This document shows, piece by piece, positions 21,906 through 35,718 of a stretch of DNA of 64,000 nt. Location of the stretch: assembly GCA_047495785.1 (NCBI GenBank), contig JBLDXI010000029.1, positions 1,240,001 to 1,304,000 on the forward strand. The letters run 5' to 3'. A model generated the notes under the pieces. It made no database searches. It was not told the origin of the DNA and worked only from the letters and a program-made list of their open reading frames with translations. This stretch comes from Lepidodermella squamata (taxonomy: Eukaryota; Animalia; Gastrotricha). The first letter of the stretch is position 1. The number at the start of each line of letters is the position of its first letter. Position numbers and translations under genes: made by a program.

Positions 21906-23676
21906 AAGCTGAAATTCGTCGGTGTGAATTCTGATATTATTGTGGCGGCAAACGGCGGTCGCGCACATCAGGCGATTACGCAATGCGCAAGCATGCGCTC
22001 AAGTTGTTGACAAAATGGCTAAACACTATCTACGCACCATCTACCGCGGCTCGCTCTCATATGAACTTTATTTTCATACTCCGGAAACACTAGGAATAAA
22101 ACACTGCTGCAATCACTTGTGGCCCTGAAAAGTGCCGGTTCAAGTCCGCTATAGTAACTAGTAAGGTTGCGGCGATTTCAGCAAGTCATCGAACGAAGTC
22201 GAAGACAGCGTGCTCGTAGCGGTTGCAGTCGTCGTAGTCGAGGTTGTAGTCGAAAACGATGACGGCGCTTCACTCGCAGATGGCGAGCAAAGTACCCGGA
22301 AAAGCTGTCAAGAGCGCCGATGGTCGAAATACGCAGACCAAGAAGGCGTTATGAGAAATAATCAATGAACTTGTTGCTGAAAATGATACCAATGCTGGAC
22401 TGATGATGCTCCGCTCGTTCTGTGTCTCTTCCGTCTTTCTACATCTTGTACGTCTTGTCTTGTATAATCCTGGTTCCTCTTCTCCTTCCTTTTCTCTTTT
22501 TTTCTTTCTTCCTGCTGCACTTCTTCTGTTCTGATTAACACATTCCATGTCTTCTTCTGTATACGATAAATATTCCTTTAACTCGCCCACTAGCGTCCTC
22601 AGCGCACTGCCGCCGGCAAGCGCATGTCGTCTCGCAACCGCGTGCCATCTCTGTCACTTCGTATATATTGTTCGAAAGAAGGGAATTTATCATGTTATAT
22701 TGTTCTTTTATATTTTTGTGACTGATGGACAAATAAATTTGAATTTAGAATTTAGAAAACAAAAGATCTGAGCGATCTCAAACTTTGAGTAAACCCGAAC
22801 AAAAACTGAAATTCCGTAGTTTCGGCCTCGCCAATCTCTTAAAATGAGTTGAGTATGGCCGAGTCTCGTCAAGTCGATTACGCAACATTTGTCAAAAGTC
22901 AAAACATTGGTCAGTAAAAATCTAACCACAGATTCGGATTCTGCGCGTGATTCTGCGTCCGGGTGAACTCAAGAGCGAAAAATGGGCAGAGAACGCGATT
23001 CACCGCCTTCCCCCCTCATCAGCGTTTTTTGGTTTTCGCAAAACCTAAGCATTAACTTGGGACACGACAAATTCCGCACGTGAAAGGGTGTTAACTGCGT
23101 GTCGAAGATAACTATCCGTTTTGGAATCCTGGATCGCACAACAATCGATGGTTTCCGATCTGTTACTTCTGAACTCATATCACAAAAATGCCAAGATTCA
23201 TTGAAAATGATGATGACAGCGAATAAAGTAAATGAGTTGAGTATGGCCGAGTCTCGTCAAGTCGATTACGCAACATTTTCATGCTCGCCGGGTCGACTAC
23301 GAGTATATGGCAACTGGTGTACTCGGCGAGTACACAACATATCCATAGTCGGCAAGTCGAGTCAGGCTAAAAGTGTTACAGGGCTCTATTGTCTGTTCAA
23401 AGCAAACAGTCAAGATCGCGTGATAATATTTTTTGATTATCATTAATTATTGCTCTTTCGTCGTTCTTCTCTTTACGCATTGCTCTCATCTCAATTGGCT
23501 CTTAATTCGCTTGCTGTTTTCGCACACAACCGTTAGAATTGTATAAATAGATTATAAATAGAAAAAGGTTGTCTGTCGAGCTCTAGGCATGGATTTGTAT
23601 ATAAAACCTGCGCAAAACGTTGCATGCAACATTTGAACATTTTCTGATATTATTTCTCTTTTTTATCTCTACAAAC

Positions 23677-24113
23677 ATGCAGCGCTCAACCATTTATTTT
23701 TGTCTTCTTGTTTTCACGCTGTTTTTGGTCAATCAGCAGGTTGCAGGTAGGCATTAGTTTGTGAAATTTAATTAATATCATGTAATAAAAGTAAACTTTT
23801 CTCTACAGGACAAGTTGATACGAGAAATCTGACATTTCAAATCATTGAGCTGCAAAGTTATGGCCGCAGACAGATCGTTGAAATGTCATTTGATCAACTT
23901 CAGAAAGCTATACTTGCTAACTATGTATGCCCCCCCGGAGAGCAGGGAGCCGTTCGTGCTAACTATACGTGCCTTCGTGGTGAGAAGGGGGATCAAGGGC
24001 TGCCTGGACCGCGGGGAATGAACGGACGCGATGGAGCGCAGGGACCGCAAGGACCGCAAGGACCGCAAGGTGTGAAAGGCGCGAAAGGTGATCAAGGTGA
24101 TAGTGGCCGATAA
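23677..24113 (+). CDS. Peptide-collagen minigene copy 4 (exons 23677-23746, 23809-24113; 124 aa)
   Basis: Signal peptide, phase-1 intron, [37 protein letters not shown], then an uninterrupted Gly-X-Y run to the stop. Confidence 0.87.
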
Positions 24114-24704
24114 GAAGCAACAGTGAACGAAGCTGCGGCAACTGACATGAAAACATGCTGCATGATGATATTTCGGGGATTCTAAAAGTCCTGAAAATGC
24201 CTAGAGATAAATTGTAGTTAGTGGTTCCTGATTTCGCGGCTAGGACGATGAGTGCTCTTAGCTCAAACGAACAAGCCCCGTTTATTGGCAGCCAACAGCA
24301 CCTTTCCCATCGACCAGACCGCACGGTCATGCTTATTTCTTCTAAGGCTCTGAAAAAGACTCTAACCTTCCGCGTCGAGTATGTCGCTTCTGATCTATCA
24401 AATAGGGGAAAATAAAAAACGTCTGCCTTTTTTTACAGTTTATTAGGTACCTATAAATAAAATTGAGATAATTCACGCTTCCCAGTTCTATTTCACTGAT
24501 CCCGAAATGCAAAATATTTTGCAAATACAACTATTCTTTGTAAAACCGTTTATTGAGGTAGACTACGAACGAGCTGACCTGTTTTCGATTGCTAGGTCCT
24601 ACATTACTATTATCGACACTTATCATTTAGGTATATTGAATCATACCGAATGGCTTGCATCTCGTAAATTTATGCAAGCCTGGATTATCAACAACAACTA
24701 CTCG

Positions 24705-25050
24705 CCGAATTCGGCCCGAACGCGCTCCGGCAGGCCCGTACGCAGACGGGTAGCATTGCATTGCCGCTTCGCGCTCGGGCCGCTTTAAAACATGTCCGTG
24801 TGCGACGTTTACTGCAAATTTAACGAATTTCAACCCGAGCACGGCGAAAAACAATGGGAACCAGCTCTATTGCTCAGAGCCGTACTCGGGCCAACTCCTT
24901 GGCCGGCCCGTGTGCGGTGAAGCGTGATTCGTTGAAATTCGTTAAATTTGCAGTAAACGTCGCATATACGGGCGCATTTCAGACCGGCCCGAGCGCGGAG
25001 TGGTGAAGTGCCGCGCACGGGCTGACCCGAATTCGGGCTTGGGCCCCAAC
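24705..25050. mobile_element. GC-rich MITE-like insertion
   Basis: Internal inverted repeats (CGACGTTTACTGCAAATTTAACGAATTTCAAC and its reverse complement; CCGAATTCGG near both ends); absent from the right-arm copy. Confidence 0.5.
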
Positions 25051-25407
25051 ATAGCAGTAAAAGACGGGATACGGGTCATCAAAAAACAATCAATAGACTA
25101 TGTGAACATCGACGATAAATCAAGCTTCAAAATGTCAGCGCGCGTTTGCTGTAGTTTTATTTAATGACGATTTAATAAAGAATACCTACTTGATCACTGC
25201 TTTTTACCCTAAATATTTTTGAGTGTTTCAAATTGGAAGTGTTTCTTGACAGCCGTTTGCGCGCCAACGTGCGTGTAGAAAGACGTAAACAAAATGGCTA
25301 GAAGAAAACAAGTCCGGCTAGAATGATTAATATAGAAGCAGATGGGCATAATAACAAGCCACTTCCGGCTTTCCATCTCGATGATTATTTCTACATCCTA
25401 ATTGAAT

Positions 25408-28400
25408 ATGAATTATCTGTACTTTTTCCAAATTTACGGGTTTAGTTACTTTTGGCAATTTACTAATGCCCTGTCAACCCAATTTTTAGGCGGAACTCTT
25501 TCTTGGCAACCGGCAACGCCAACAGATCAGGTAAAATACTTACAATTTGATACAATAATCGAACCCCGGGGAAATCAATTCACAATTTCTCTGATAAATT
25601 TAACGACAATTGAGATTAAATATTAAATAAAAGGGAAACGCACGGCAAGAAGAATTGTTTAGAAAATGAGTCATCTTTATTCTGAATTCAGAATAGAATG
25701 AATATGGTGATGAGATTCGCCTGGTCCCTTTTGCCTCAATGCGTACCAGGTCAGCAAATTGGTGACCCCGGCTCATTGACCCTAAATGGCGCCATCGCAG
25801 CCTCAACGCTCACAACTTGCGTTGGGCCTGGGACGCAAGATTTTCCATACTCATTGGGCCAATCGATTACCAACATTGCCTCGCCAGCTAATGGAGCCAT
25901 AGGTAGCTACTTCATCGATGGAGGACCCTGGCGGCTAGATATGATAGGAACCGGAAATTGGAGATTTACGACTATCGCAAGAACTCTGCCACGCCCTGAT
26001 ACTAATCAAGTCAACAATAGCCCAGTAATTGGCTTCATACCAAATTTCATTTTGTCTCGGAATTGTCCGTTGAATGGCGGCCAGCCCTGGATTCTGCCGA
26101 CTTTCGATTTCGATCAAGACAACATATATTGCCGATTCGGCACGGCGGAGGAATGCGGGTCAATTTGCGCGGCTCAGGCGGCTGTTGTTAATGCAACTGG
26201 TCTTCGATTATTTGGCCCAAACAGCTGCGCTATTATCGTAACGCCTAAAACAGCTGGTGTTTTTGGAATCGGTTTGCAAGTCGAAGATTTTGCGCAGTTT
26301 TTACCAACAGCACCTCTGTCTTCGGTTCCGCTTCAGTTTCAGTTAACTGTGCGGGATGATGGAGTGACTAATTGCGCGACAAAGCCTTCGATTGTTGCGC
26401 CCACTGTTCCTCACATGGCGTGTCTCGGAGCTAAGGTATTTTCTGATACAAAACCGGGAGAGTCATCTCTGAGATTCTCAAAGGTCAAAATTTGAAAATC
26501 AAGTCGGTTTTCGCAGCAAAACGAGCGACCTCTGATGCTCTATCGATTTGGTATTCCAATTTTTTGAATTGCAATTTAGTCCAGCGTAATGAGTTCTTAA
26601 CGGTAAGCAAATCACTCGGGCGCGAATGCTTGGTCACCACTGGATTATGAAGACATCCTATGCTTAATTGATAGGGCATCAAAGGATGCTCATTTTTGTG
26701 GAGAAAGGAGAAACCTACATACTTTTCAAAAGTTGACCTTTGACATCCGCGTTCGGCATTTTGAGAGTTGAGAGCTTTTTCCAGCCCAATACTCCTTTTA
26801 CGCAAAGAATTTACATGCAAGCCGGCCAGACACCCGGGTCTACGTAAGCAGCTTCGAACTTCATCATCACAGCTCATCTTTTCTTTTACAGGGTTATAGG
26901 TGTCTTACCGTCAGTGCCTCTTGGCATGACTGTTTCGAATGTTGCTTTGGATGTCGCTAGTAGCCTTTACTACGTCGATCTCACTTGGCTATCGCCGACA
27001 AATGGTATCAATTTCGCTTGCATCTCAGCTGTGAATTCTCTCAGGCTGACTAGCGACCCATACTGCATCGACATCTGCACTGGAAGCTTCAATATACCCC
27101 AGGTTGTCTCGGTCACGCCTAATTTTGTGAATAACCCGTTCAGCGCACCACCTAACGCTATCACCATACAATTTGACTCACCGGTAGTACCAGGGTTTTC
27201 AGGCCAGTTCAGGGTAATGGAAAACATACCTGGAACAACTAATTTCCGACCGATTTTCGCTGAAACAATCCGCCAGAGCACGGTTTTTACTTTCTCTAGC
27301 ACGACGATGACAGTGAATATGGCGACCGGCGTTCCTTGGCGGAATGGGGTGGCTTACAAATTTGAAGTTGATAGCGGTGTCGCGGTCAATCAGAACTGCT
27401 GTGGGGTCTACGCAAACATGACTGTAGCTCAAGCTCTTCTGGGCACAGGTACTTTGATGACTCAATCTATCCATAAATTTAGCTTTATTTGCAGTATTTA
27501 CCGCAACAATCACAACAATCGGCACCACTCCGACCACTACGGGTAAAAATGCTTGTAAAACTGCATTTGTTCAAAACTGAAACATGATTCAACAGCTATT
27601 ACAACTACAACAACTCGGCCGAGTATGTTGAACCGACTAAATTTTTCATTGTAATTGAGCTTTTTTTGTTGGGCAGCCTCGACAGTGTCAGGAACCACTG
27701 CGATAACAACATTCCGTTTGACAAGTATTGTGACTTGACTCTTGCTTTATAGATAATTTTGAGTCTTTTGTCATCAGCAACCTCTCAAATCAGTGAGCGT
27801 AATGACGGGAATTTGCGTTATATAATGAGAATCTCATTCAAATAGCTACTACTGCTCGAATCACAGCTCCTCTTTCGACTTCGGGTCCTCTTACGACAAC
27901 TCCTTTGACTACGGGTTTGCAGGTTCTGTTTCAAGGATATATTGTTTGATGGTGGGTGTCATCTTTTAGCTTCGACATCAACTGGTCGAACGACAGTTCC
28001 AGGTTTGTGGTATCTCATTGGCTCCCAAATGCCTATTTCTTTATTGGTGTCTAGTTACGACAGCCCTTGCTACAACCACACGGTCTCTTATCAGTTAGTT
28101 TATTGAGTTTGGATTATTCCATCCTAACATATTTTATCCAGCTGTAACAGCAACAATTACTGCTTCAACTACAAGAAGCGCATTGACCAGTAAGTGTTCA
28201 TCTAAACTGAAAATCGTTCATTTTGCTCAATGTTGAAAAATTTAGCCACAATCAGGGCTCTGACGCGTGAGTTGGAAATTACGATATAGCTGTTTTTGCT
28301 TGTTTTCTATGAATTATTGCCAGCCGTTCTTCCGACCACTCTCGGACCATTTCCAACAATAGCGCCCGCTTCGATACCAAACATCATCATCGTCACAGTT

Positions 28401-31400
28401 CCTTACATCATCCGATTACCTTCTGCTGGATCGAACAGCTCATCGAACTGCTCTCAACCAGATTGGGCTACAGCGTTCGGTCAAATCTATGGAAGCATAT
28501 CGACGGCACTGAGAAACGCTTCTTTCAACATTTTCAACAACGTGGCTGTGAATCAAGCTCCTATTGCTGTTGGAGCACCTTCCATTTTCATATCAATAGC
28601 GCCGCTTGCCGCCTCCGCTATTGCTCAGCCTAATTCGATACCAGTTATGACAGTCCCATCACAGAACTTCATTCCTTTGATTCCGTTGGCTCAATTACCT
28701 CAAGCCCCAGCAGTTGTTCCAACTCCAACTCTTGCTCCAGTCCTGTCAGTGAATATTGATGATTTGAAGCCTATTTTCTTACTGCAACCGTTTGTCACGC
28801 CGTCGCTATACCCTAACTATCAAGTGACCTATAACAACTTTCAGCCGATGACAAATTTCGGCTCCGTAAATCTGCCCTTCGAGGCATTCGCCAAAGGCGT
28901 TGTGGGAGATGCTTTAATCCTAAATGGCCAGAATCAATTCGTTGCTGTTCAACCGCAAAGTTGTGATAGCTGTCTCGGGAATTCGGCTAGATGTCAAAAC
29001 GGCATGACTTTGTGCATGTGGTACATGCCACTTGCTGTTACTCCAAGTGACCAGTACGTTTTCGCTGGCTTCGGCTCTTTATCAGCAGCTGAGCAGCCGC
29101 AGGTCGCTCTTATTCAAACTTCAACCCTAGGTCTTCAAGTATACGTCTCCGCCGGGCAAAGTAACACTTACTTCCTTGCGAATTCAGGTGCTAACACTTT
29201 GAAGCCGGCTACTTGGTCTCTTGTCTGCTTTACATTCAGTCAAAACTCAGGAATCAGCCTTTTCATCAACGGGATATGCCAGACCTGTGGTAACCCCACT
29301 GCTGGCCTTTATTACATGAACTTCACCCAACAACCAAGTTCCACTGCAAGTAAGCAATGTTCCTTTTACATCGGAAGACCAAGTTTCAACGCTGGGCAGG
29401 TGGCGTATGGTCGATTCGGTTTAGATCAATTGCAAGTCTGGCAGAATGAGTTATCGCCAGCAGCAATTTACCAATTATACACGTCAGCCCAGCCTAGTTT
29501 TCAGTGGGCTGCCAATGTCGCCCCGCCTGCTGAAACTGGCTCATTGCTAGGACTTGCGAGTTTTGAGCAAGGCTACAACGGCATGTCCTTACAATGCTCA
29601 AGAGCCGGAGATGGCTTCGTTTGGAAACAACCTTTCTACTCTAGCGATAGACCGAGCTTTGATCCGATTCTGAGCGAGTCTATTACAGCATCTTTCAAAG
29701 TTCAACTTTTACAACCGATTGCCAGGTATTCAAGGCAAATATCTCGAGCCACGCTTCCTTATCCGTTTTACTTCGAAACTCCCGTTATCGCATTGACCCT
29801 TCCTCAAGAGAGCCTAAACTCAGGCTTTGCCAGTGCTCCACCCAAGATTGCTGCCTCTTTCGATCCTTTTGCCGGATTCAAAGTCATTTATTGGACCAAT
29901 GGATCGATTTTTGCAATCAATGGGACCCCTAGTTTTACTATGAGTGGAGTTTTTCGGGATTTTCCTGACCAGCCTGCGGCAGGGCGGCCACAACCTGTTA
30001 CCCAGTGGCGGGACGTTGTAATTCGAGCTAGTCCTACAAATGGCTTACAGATATTTCTCGATGGGGTCCTTTCAGGCACTGGGCAGATGGTGAGACCGGT
30101 CAAGCCAGTTTTTCGCCGGAATTCGCAGGCAAGACAAAGTGGCTCGACTTCTTACTTCGTTGCCCCGAGTACCTCGGTGGACTTATCGAAGTTGAACTTA
30201 TATCTATGCTCGCCATCATCTTCGCCCTGGTTCTATCAAACTAACCAGCTTTTTCCAATGAGGTTAGACAATATTCAGTTATGGCCAGCTTATTTGCCAG
30301 ATTCTTCTATATCAAGTGTTTTTTCGAAAAGTAAGCCTCTTTTAAAGATAAACCTTAAGACTTGAAGTTTGTTTAGACACCTATGGATATGTGTCTATGG
30401 CGACCGGTTCATTTGTTATACCAACATCATCGGGCTTAACCACGGTTTCAATTGCAACCGCAGGTAATCCGAGCCAAATATCATCTCAATTCGGTCCGGC
30501 GATTCAATTTCAAAGCAATGACTTGATACGAGCGGTCTATCAGCCGAATCTTTGCTACTTCAGCCCTCAGTACTGCACAGATGGCTTCACGTTGTGCACC
30601 CAACTCCTGACAAGCCGATACGGTGCTGGTGGGCCAGTTTTCTCGAACCTTGTCAGTACTACATCAGATGGGCTGTTACTCTACCTAAATACTAATGGGA
30701 CTTTGACTGGCTATGTACACTACGGAGCCGCAGCTTGGCTGGCGACTACATCCACGTGTTTGATTGTGCATTCTTACAACTACATTTGTTTCAGTTGGAG
30801 TCCAGCTGGTGGCATGCACATCGTCCTTAACGGAGCTTGTGTCGCTTCTTCGAAAGTGCCGAAACAATTTTGGACTGTTAGACAGAACCCCGGCCCGAGT
30901 CAACAGGCGGTACTTGTGATTGGGACTGGGACGTACTCCGCTGGTTCGAAGAAAAGATCTTTCTGGGATATCGCGAATGGTCAAGCGATACCTATTGCTA
31001 AGCCAAAGCAAGGTAAGGAGTCGGAAAGTTTGTCTTACACCTTGGCGGATATGAAGTTCTGGAACTCGAAGTTTTACCCAGCCGAGCTTTTTCGTAAGTT
31101 AAATTCTTACCAGAAAACCCAACTCTTGAAAAATGTCTCTTTATAGCTAAATCTGACTCTGATCAAGCATTTACCAGCCAAAGAAAGCCGGAGGCATCAG
31201 GCGGAAAGGAAAGACGCTCGAATATTGGGAAATCTCTGCCGCCTAAAATATCTTTGGTTCTTTCTCGGTACCCATGGCTGCCCGTGGCGCTAGTCTTTTC
31301 GATTTTTATAACAGCTCTTTCAACAAGGTATTTTCCAACCTTAACTGATATAACTGATTGTATGATGTTTTTAGTTTAATTTTGGTGATTGCTGCGAATG

Positions 31401-31579
31401 TGAAATTTGATGGAGTGAAACTTGAAGCCAAGCAGCTTTTCGCTCGTATCAAGGCTAAACTCTCAAAAGATGTCAAGCAACAACAAAAAGTCGAGGAGCG
31501 TCCCCGATTTGCTGGCGCTGCTGCTTTTTCAGCCCAGAGCAATTATGTGAAAGAAGGCCGGCTGTGGGATACCCTCTAA
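25408..31579 (+). CDS. Large type I membrane protein, ~1646 aa, 17 exons: 25408-25530, 25692-26435, 26785-26843, 26892-27448, 27495-27542, 27596-27622, 27677-27724, 27778-27792, 27846-27914, 27970-28002, 28055-28093, 28142-28189, 28246-28266, 28324-30330, 30377-31093, 31147-31327, 31375-31579
   Basis: All 16 introns are GT..AG with compatible phases, giving one open frame. N-terminal FLGGTLSW / NNSPV / DFDQDNIYCR..EECG..C / QVEDF..PLSSVPLQF domain, Ig-like segment, Thr/Ser stalk, three LamG/pentraxin-like repeats (WSLVCFTFS..LFING, LDQLQVW; LQIFLDG, LDNIQLW; ICFSWS..IVLNG, LADMKFW), TM WLPVALVFSIFITALSTSLILVIAA, tail ending WDTL. Start codon is the least certain part. Confidence 0.8.
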
Positions 31580-32059
31580 AGGTTTATTGAGATAATTAAA
31601 TAAAATGTCGAGGAAATTCTATTGCCACACAATTAAAGGTTTTGATGTTTGTCATAATGCCTAATCATTTACGCCTGCGAATCGTGGAATATATCGGTAG
31701 CACAAGAAAATTGGCTAAATACTATAGATTATTGAATTTTGTTGGCTACGATCAATGGTCCCCTGAATTTCGTCCCCTGGTCCAGGAAGATTGTTATCGT
31801 TATACAAGTAGCGTAAAGTTAATAGTTTCCTGACGCATCGAGAACTGCAAGATAGTTTAACAAGTGGCAAATGAATTTGGACGGGAATGATTTCCGAATA
31901 TTCCTGTTTTCCAAATCATGTATTGCCGATTTACGCGCTGGATTTGAAGCTTTTAAGATATATTTTCTCCAAAAGAAAGATCTAAAACAGAAATTAGCGA
32001 GCGAAGAGAAATTGTTCAGAAAATTGTTGCTATTTATTACTCGAATAAGGCCAATTTTA

Positions 32060-32520
32060 CTTTTCGACAACGGCTCTTCACGAATATTCGACATCCTTGC
32101 TGTTAGGAACGGCAGCCGAACCGGTATAGTAATCGACCCGACAATCCGATGCGAATCATCAATTGATCAATTCGAACTGGTTAACAAAGAGAAACGCACA
32201 ATCTACGAGCCATGCAGTGACTTCATGTGTGAGGCTTAAGGCTCGCATAAACGGGCAAACATTTTGTCAAACATAGACTTGGATATTTGATGAAAATGTT
32301 TGAAGAGCATTTACACGATCAAACTTGTTTGTCAAACATTGTAAAAGGTTGCAATTTAGACTCAATCGAGGTCTCTACATTGGTGCCCGGGGTTCATTAT
32401 TAGCTACTGAGACAATGAAACTTCTGCAGAACTTTCGAATCAACAAAGCTGTCGAAATGGCATCTCTAGTATTGAAGGACAGCGTCCGAATAGTTCATCA
32501 CCTTTACCTACTCAAATTTT
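32060..32520 (+). mobile_element. R2/NeSL-like non-LTR restriction-like endonuclease remnant
   Basis: RIFDILAV..IDPTIRCE..EKRTIYEPC, then GLYIGARG; interrupted. Confidence 0.65.
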
Positions 32521-32717
32521 CAAAAATCGCATCGAAACCCAAATAGTTTATTATGAAACATACCTATCGTTAGCGTTTCGGTATAACTCTCCATTTGACG
32601 GTAACTCCATCTCGCCATTGTTCTCTAAATAATTTACCGTAAACGGCACTACCTCGACTCTGAAGCATACAAATACTCGCGCGCGGTAAAATAAATGTTT
32701 CTGCGGTAAATTTAGCT

Positions 32718-33590
32718 CAGTGGTTCTCAAACTATTTTCGCTCCCGGTCGAAAATGGCGGCCGGCTGGCGACCTTTCCGGCCGGCGACCTTTCCGGCCGG
32801 CTGGCGACCTTTCCGGCCGCATTGCCTCTTGAACCCTCAACCGGCCGCTTCCCGGCCGCCCGGATTGGTTATTAAATTAGGGGCTGAGCAGTGTTTTTTG
32901 ACTGCATTTTTAAGCAGATTGGTCAAACTGAAGTAGCTATACCCACCACTCTCAAAAAAGTCAACAAGTGAAAGAAAGTTTATGCAATATTTTGGCCTCC
33001 AAACTCCAAACCCGTGCATTAATTAACCGCGCGAGCGAAGCGAGCTTTAGATAGCGATATTTTTCCACAATTCTTTTTGAAAAAGGGATAAAAATGCGTA
33101 AAAGTGGGCACTGAGTCTTTCTCGCCGCGACTCTCGCGACTCGGGACCCCACGAACCCAAACCTTCCACCTTCCGCCTTCCGCGACCTTTTCCAAAATTG
33201 CCCGCGATATCTGAGGCGGGCTAGGCCGTAATTGATTCGTGCAGTATGCAGTAGACACTTTGAAGGGGAGTCTAGAGCTGCATAATTGCCTAGCAGGCTG
33301 TTTTTTCGTGAACAAGTTGGTAATTGCGTACGGGGCTTCTCCTTATTGAAAGATTTGAAAGTGAATCAGCGAGCGAAGCGAGAGACTTTTAAGAAAATTT
33401 TTGCTATTTATCATTCGGATACGTCAAATATTGCTGGAAATGTGCACTAATTATGTGAAACCCTGGACTATTCCCCTCGAAAGACCAGTCCGGCCGCACG
33501 CAATGCAAGAGATAGGCGGACCTCTGCCGGCCGCCAAACTGAGCCTCGCCGGCCGCTTGCGGCCGGAAAAACGGGGTTTGAGAATCACTG
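32718..33590. mobile_element. hAT-type MITE
   Basis: TIRs CAGTGGTTCTCAAAC...GTTTGAGAATCACTG, 6/8-matching flanks ATTTAGCT/ATTTAGGG, subterminal CCGGCCG repeats. Confidence 0.8.
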
Positions 33591-33859
33591 ATTTAGGGTA
33601 AAGAGCAGAGGTAAAGAGTAAATAGGTATTCTTCATTAAATCTTCATCAAATAAAACTGCAGCAAACGCGCGCTGACATTTTGAAGCTTGATTTCGTTCG
33701 CGTTGATTTCGTATTTTTCTGTTTCGATCACAGAATCAATCGCATTTCATGTTTTGTCAACTTTTTATGAGCCGTTGAGCTGTTGCACTAAAGTGAACTA
33801 CAACCTACAACCTTGCGCGAAGCACGTGAAATCACTGGAAGTAGATTCGCAGCCGCATA

Positions 33860-35635
33860 TGGTCTATAGTAGACTCGCACAATGTTTTCGTACTTGGTAG
33901 CATTCTCGAGAATTGCTAGGATGACTTGCATCCCTACATCCTAAGAAAGATAGCGGATGGTCTTGGTAATGTCATCTGGTTAGTCGTAATGAAATACTAC
34001 GTCAAGAGCAAAATGCCACGAACTAATGGTTATCAAAGAAAACAATCATGCGTAGAAGTATATTTTACAAAGCGCATCCACTCGGTCATTTTGGTTGAAA
34101 TCCTATAATTAGGCTATCAGGAATCAGGAATGCTGACGGCACTTCAAACCGATCTATTGGCGAGAATGTAGAATAATTCTCAGGGGTTCAGAGTAAGTGA
34201 AGGCTAAAAAGTGGCGCGTACTTCACGATGAGAACGGGTTACGGGTAGATCTCTGGAGCAACTGGAGCGATTTGTTCTGCTTGGCAAGGATAAATCAAAG
34301 CGCAGCTTGTTAGAGATAAATCTGATCTGCTCTAGGTATTAAAATGTAACACTTAATGAGCTTAATTAGTCTCCAATAGACTAATTCTTCGTTTTGAAAG
34401 GGGAGAAAACAGCATTCAAAGCAGGATGCATCGCCATCACTACTCCGTAGTTGTTAGCGTCGTTGAATAACTCGGATTCGGGCTTGTTCACGTCAGTTAC
34501 AGATTACAGACAGTTGACGGGTGTCAAGTTGCTTCCCCTCTTCATTTATAACGCTCCTATCACCTTTTACTTGTCACTATTCATCTTGTAACTGACGTGA
34601 ACAAGCCCAGATCTGAGTTATTCAACGACGCTAACGCTCCCGTTTCTGTGGCTTACGAAGTTAGTTATCGTTAGTTAGTTTGCTAGATACCCAATAGAGT
34701 ATCGCCGTCCTCTGTTCTTGAAAATTGTTACTTCACTTGTTTCGGTTTTAAGGGATGCATTTTCAGAAAACTTTGAATACCGCTTGTTTTATAATTGCGA
34801 CACTACAAAGATTATCCGCTACCTTCCAGCGGCGGGGTCTACTTTCAATTTATTTATTATTTATTTAAAGAGCCATAACGCCCAGTAGAGGACAGCTCAG
34901 ACATAACGCTCAGACAATAATATTACGTGTTCATAAATATCATTCTATAATTTATCAATTTGAAATAGATACAAACAAGCCTAAATCCGAGTTATTCAGC
35001 GTCGCTAACGATATCTCTCAAAGCTATTAAAGTAGCAATAGTGCATCCTATTAGCTGCCGAATTAAATGTTAAATTCTGCATTGTTGATAGGATTATTTT
35101 ACTTCAACTTTTACGCGAAGTCGCCCCTTTATTTATAGCTGATTGGATATTGATTGGGAATCAGAAATGGAAAATAGGCGAAATTCCGGCAAAAGGTCGC
35201 TACTAAACTATTGCTGAGTGCTGGCTATTTCGATATTATCGCCATTTTTGTTGAAACAAAGTGTGCTGAATTATTCTCTTGGTTTCATTTCTTTTGTTCA
35301 TTTTCGATTATTTCGCTGCGTTGAAAATAAAGGTGCACGGAAACGGGTCACGGCAGCTCGTTTTTGCTACCAGTAAAATCTTCAATTGAAGAATTCCAGA
35401 AGAGCGCGAGAAAACTTTGAAGAATTATAGAAAGGATAGGCGAAGAAGCTGAATTTCTCTTTTCTCTTCAAGAGTCCAAGAGCGCAAGATAGCAATCGCA
35501 GCTAATGGCAATTATATAGCCCCTGAATCCCTAATTAGGGATGCAACCGCTCCGCAGTTGTAAACAACCGCAATATAGCGGTATAATAATATATAGAAAT
35601 ATGCGCTAGCACTGGCGGTTCCTTACGTCGCAATC
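33860..35635 (+). repeat. Unclassified ~1.8-kb interspersed repeat
   Basis: Direct homology to ~48290-49570, ~50540-50692 and ~51942-52305; contains a ~48-bp inverted repeat (34453-34500 / 34588-34636). Confidence 0.75.
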
Positions 35636-35718
35636 GTCCATGTTCACATAGTCTATTGATTGTTTTTCGATGACCCGTATCCCGTCTTTTACTGCAACAC
35701 AAGCAATTTACATACCGG

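Larger units (their letters stand above)
21972..25162 (+). repeat. Left arm of a large inverted segmental duplication
   Basis: Reverse-complement matches in preserved order: ~21972-22320/39090-39432, ~22757-22890/37545-37680, ~23231-24590/36250-37592, ~24593-24705/36020-36132, ~25056-25109/35641-35693, ~25120-25162/33649-33691. Confidence 0.85.

Noticed and set aside
23959-24415. Recurrent ORFs in the minigene 3' flank (also 36432-36756, 10102-10302)
   Set aside because: They recur only because the flank is duplicated; frames are not conserved across copies and no domain is recognisable
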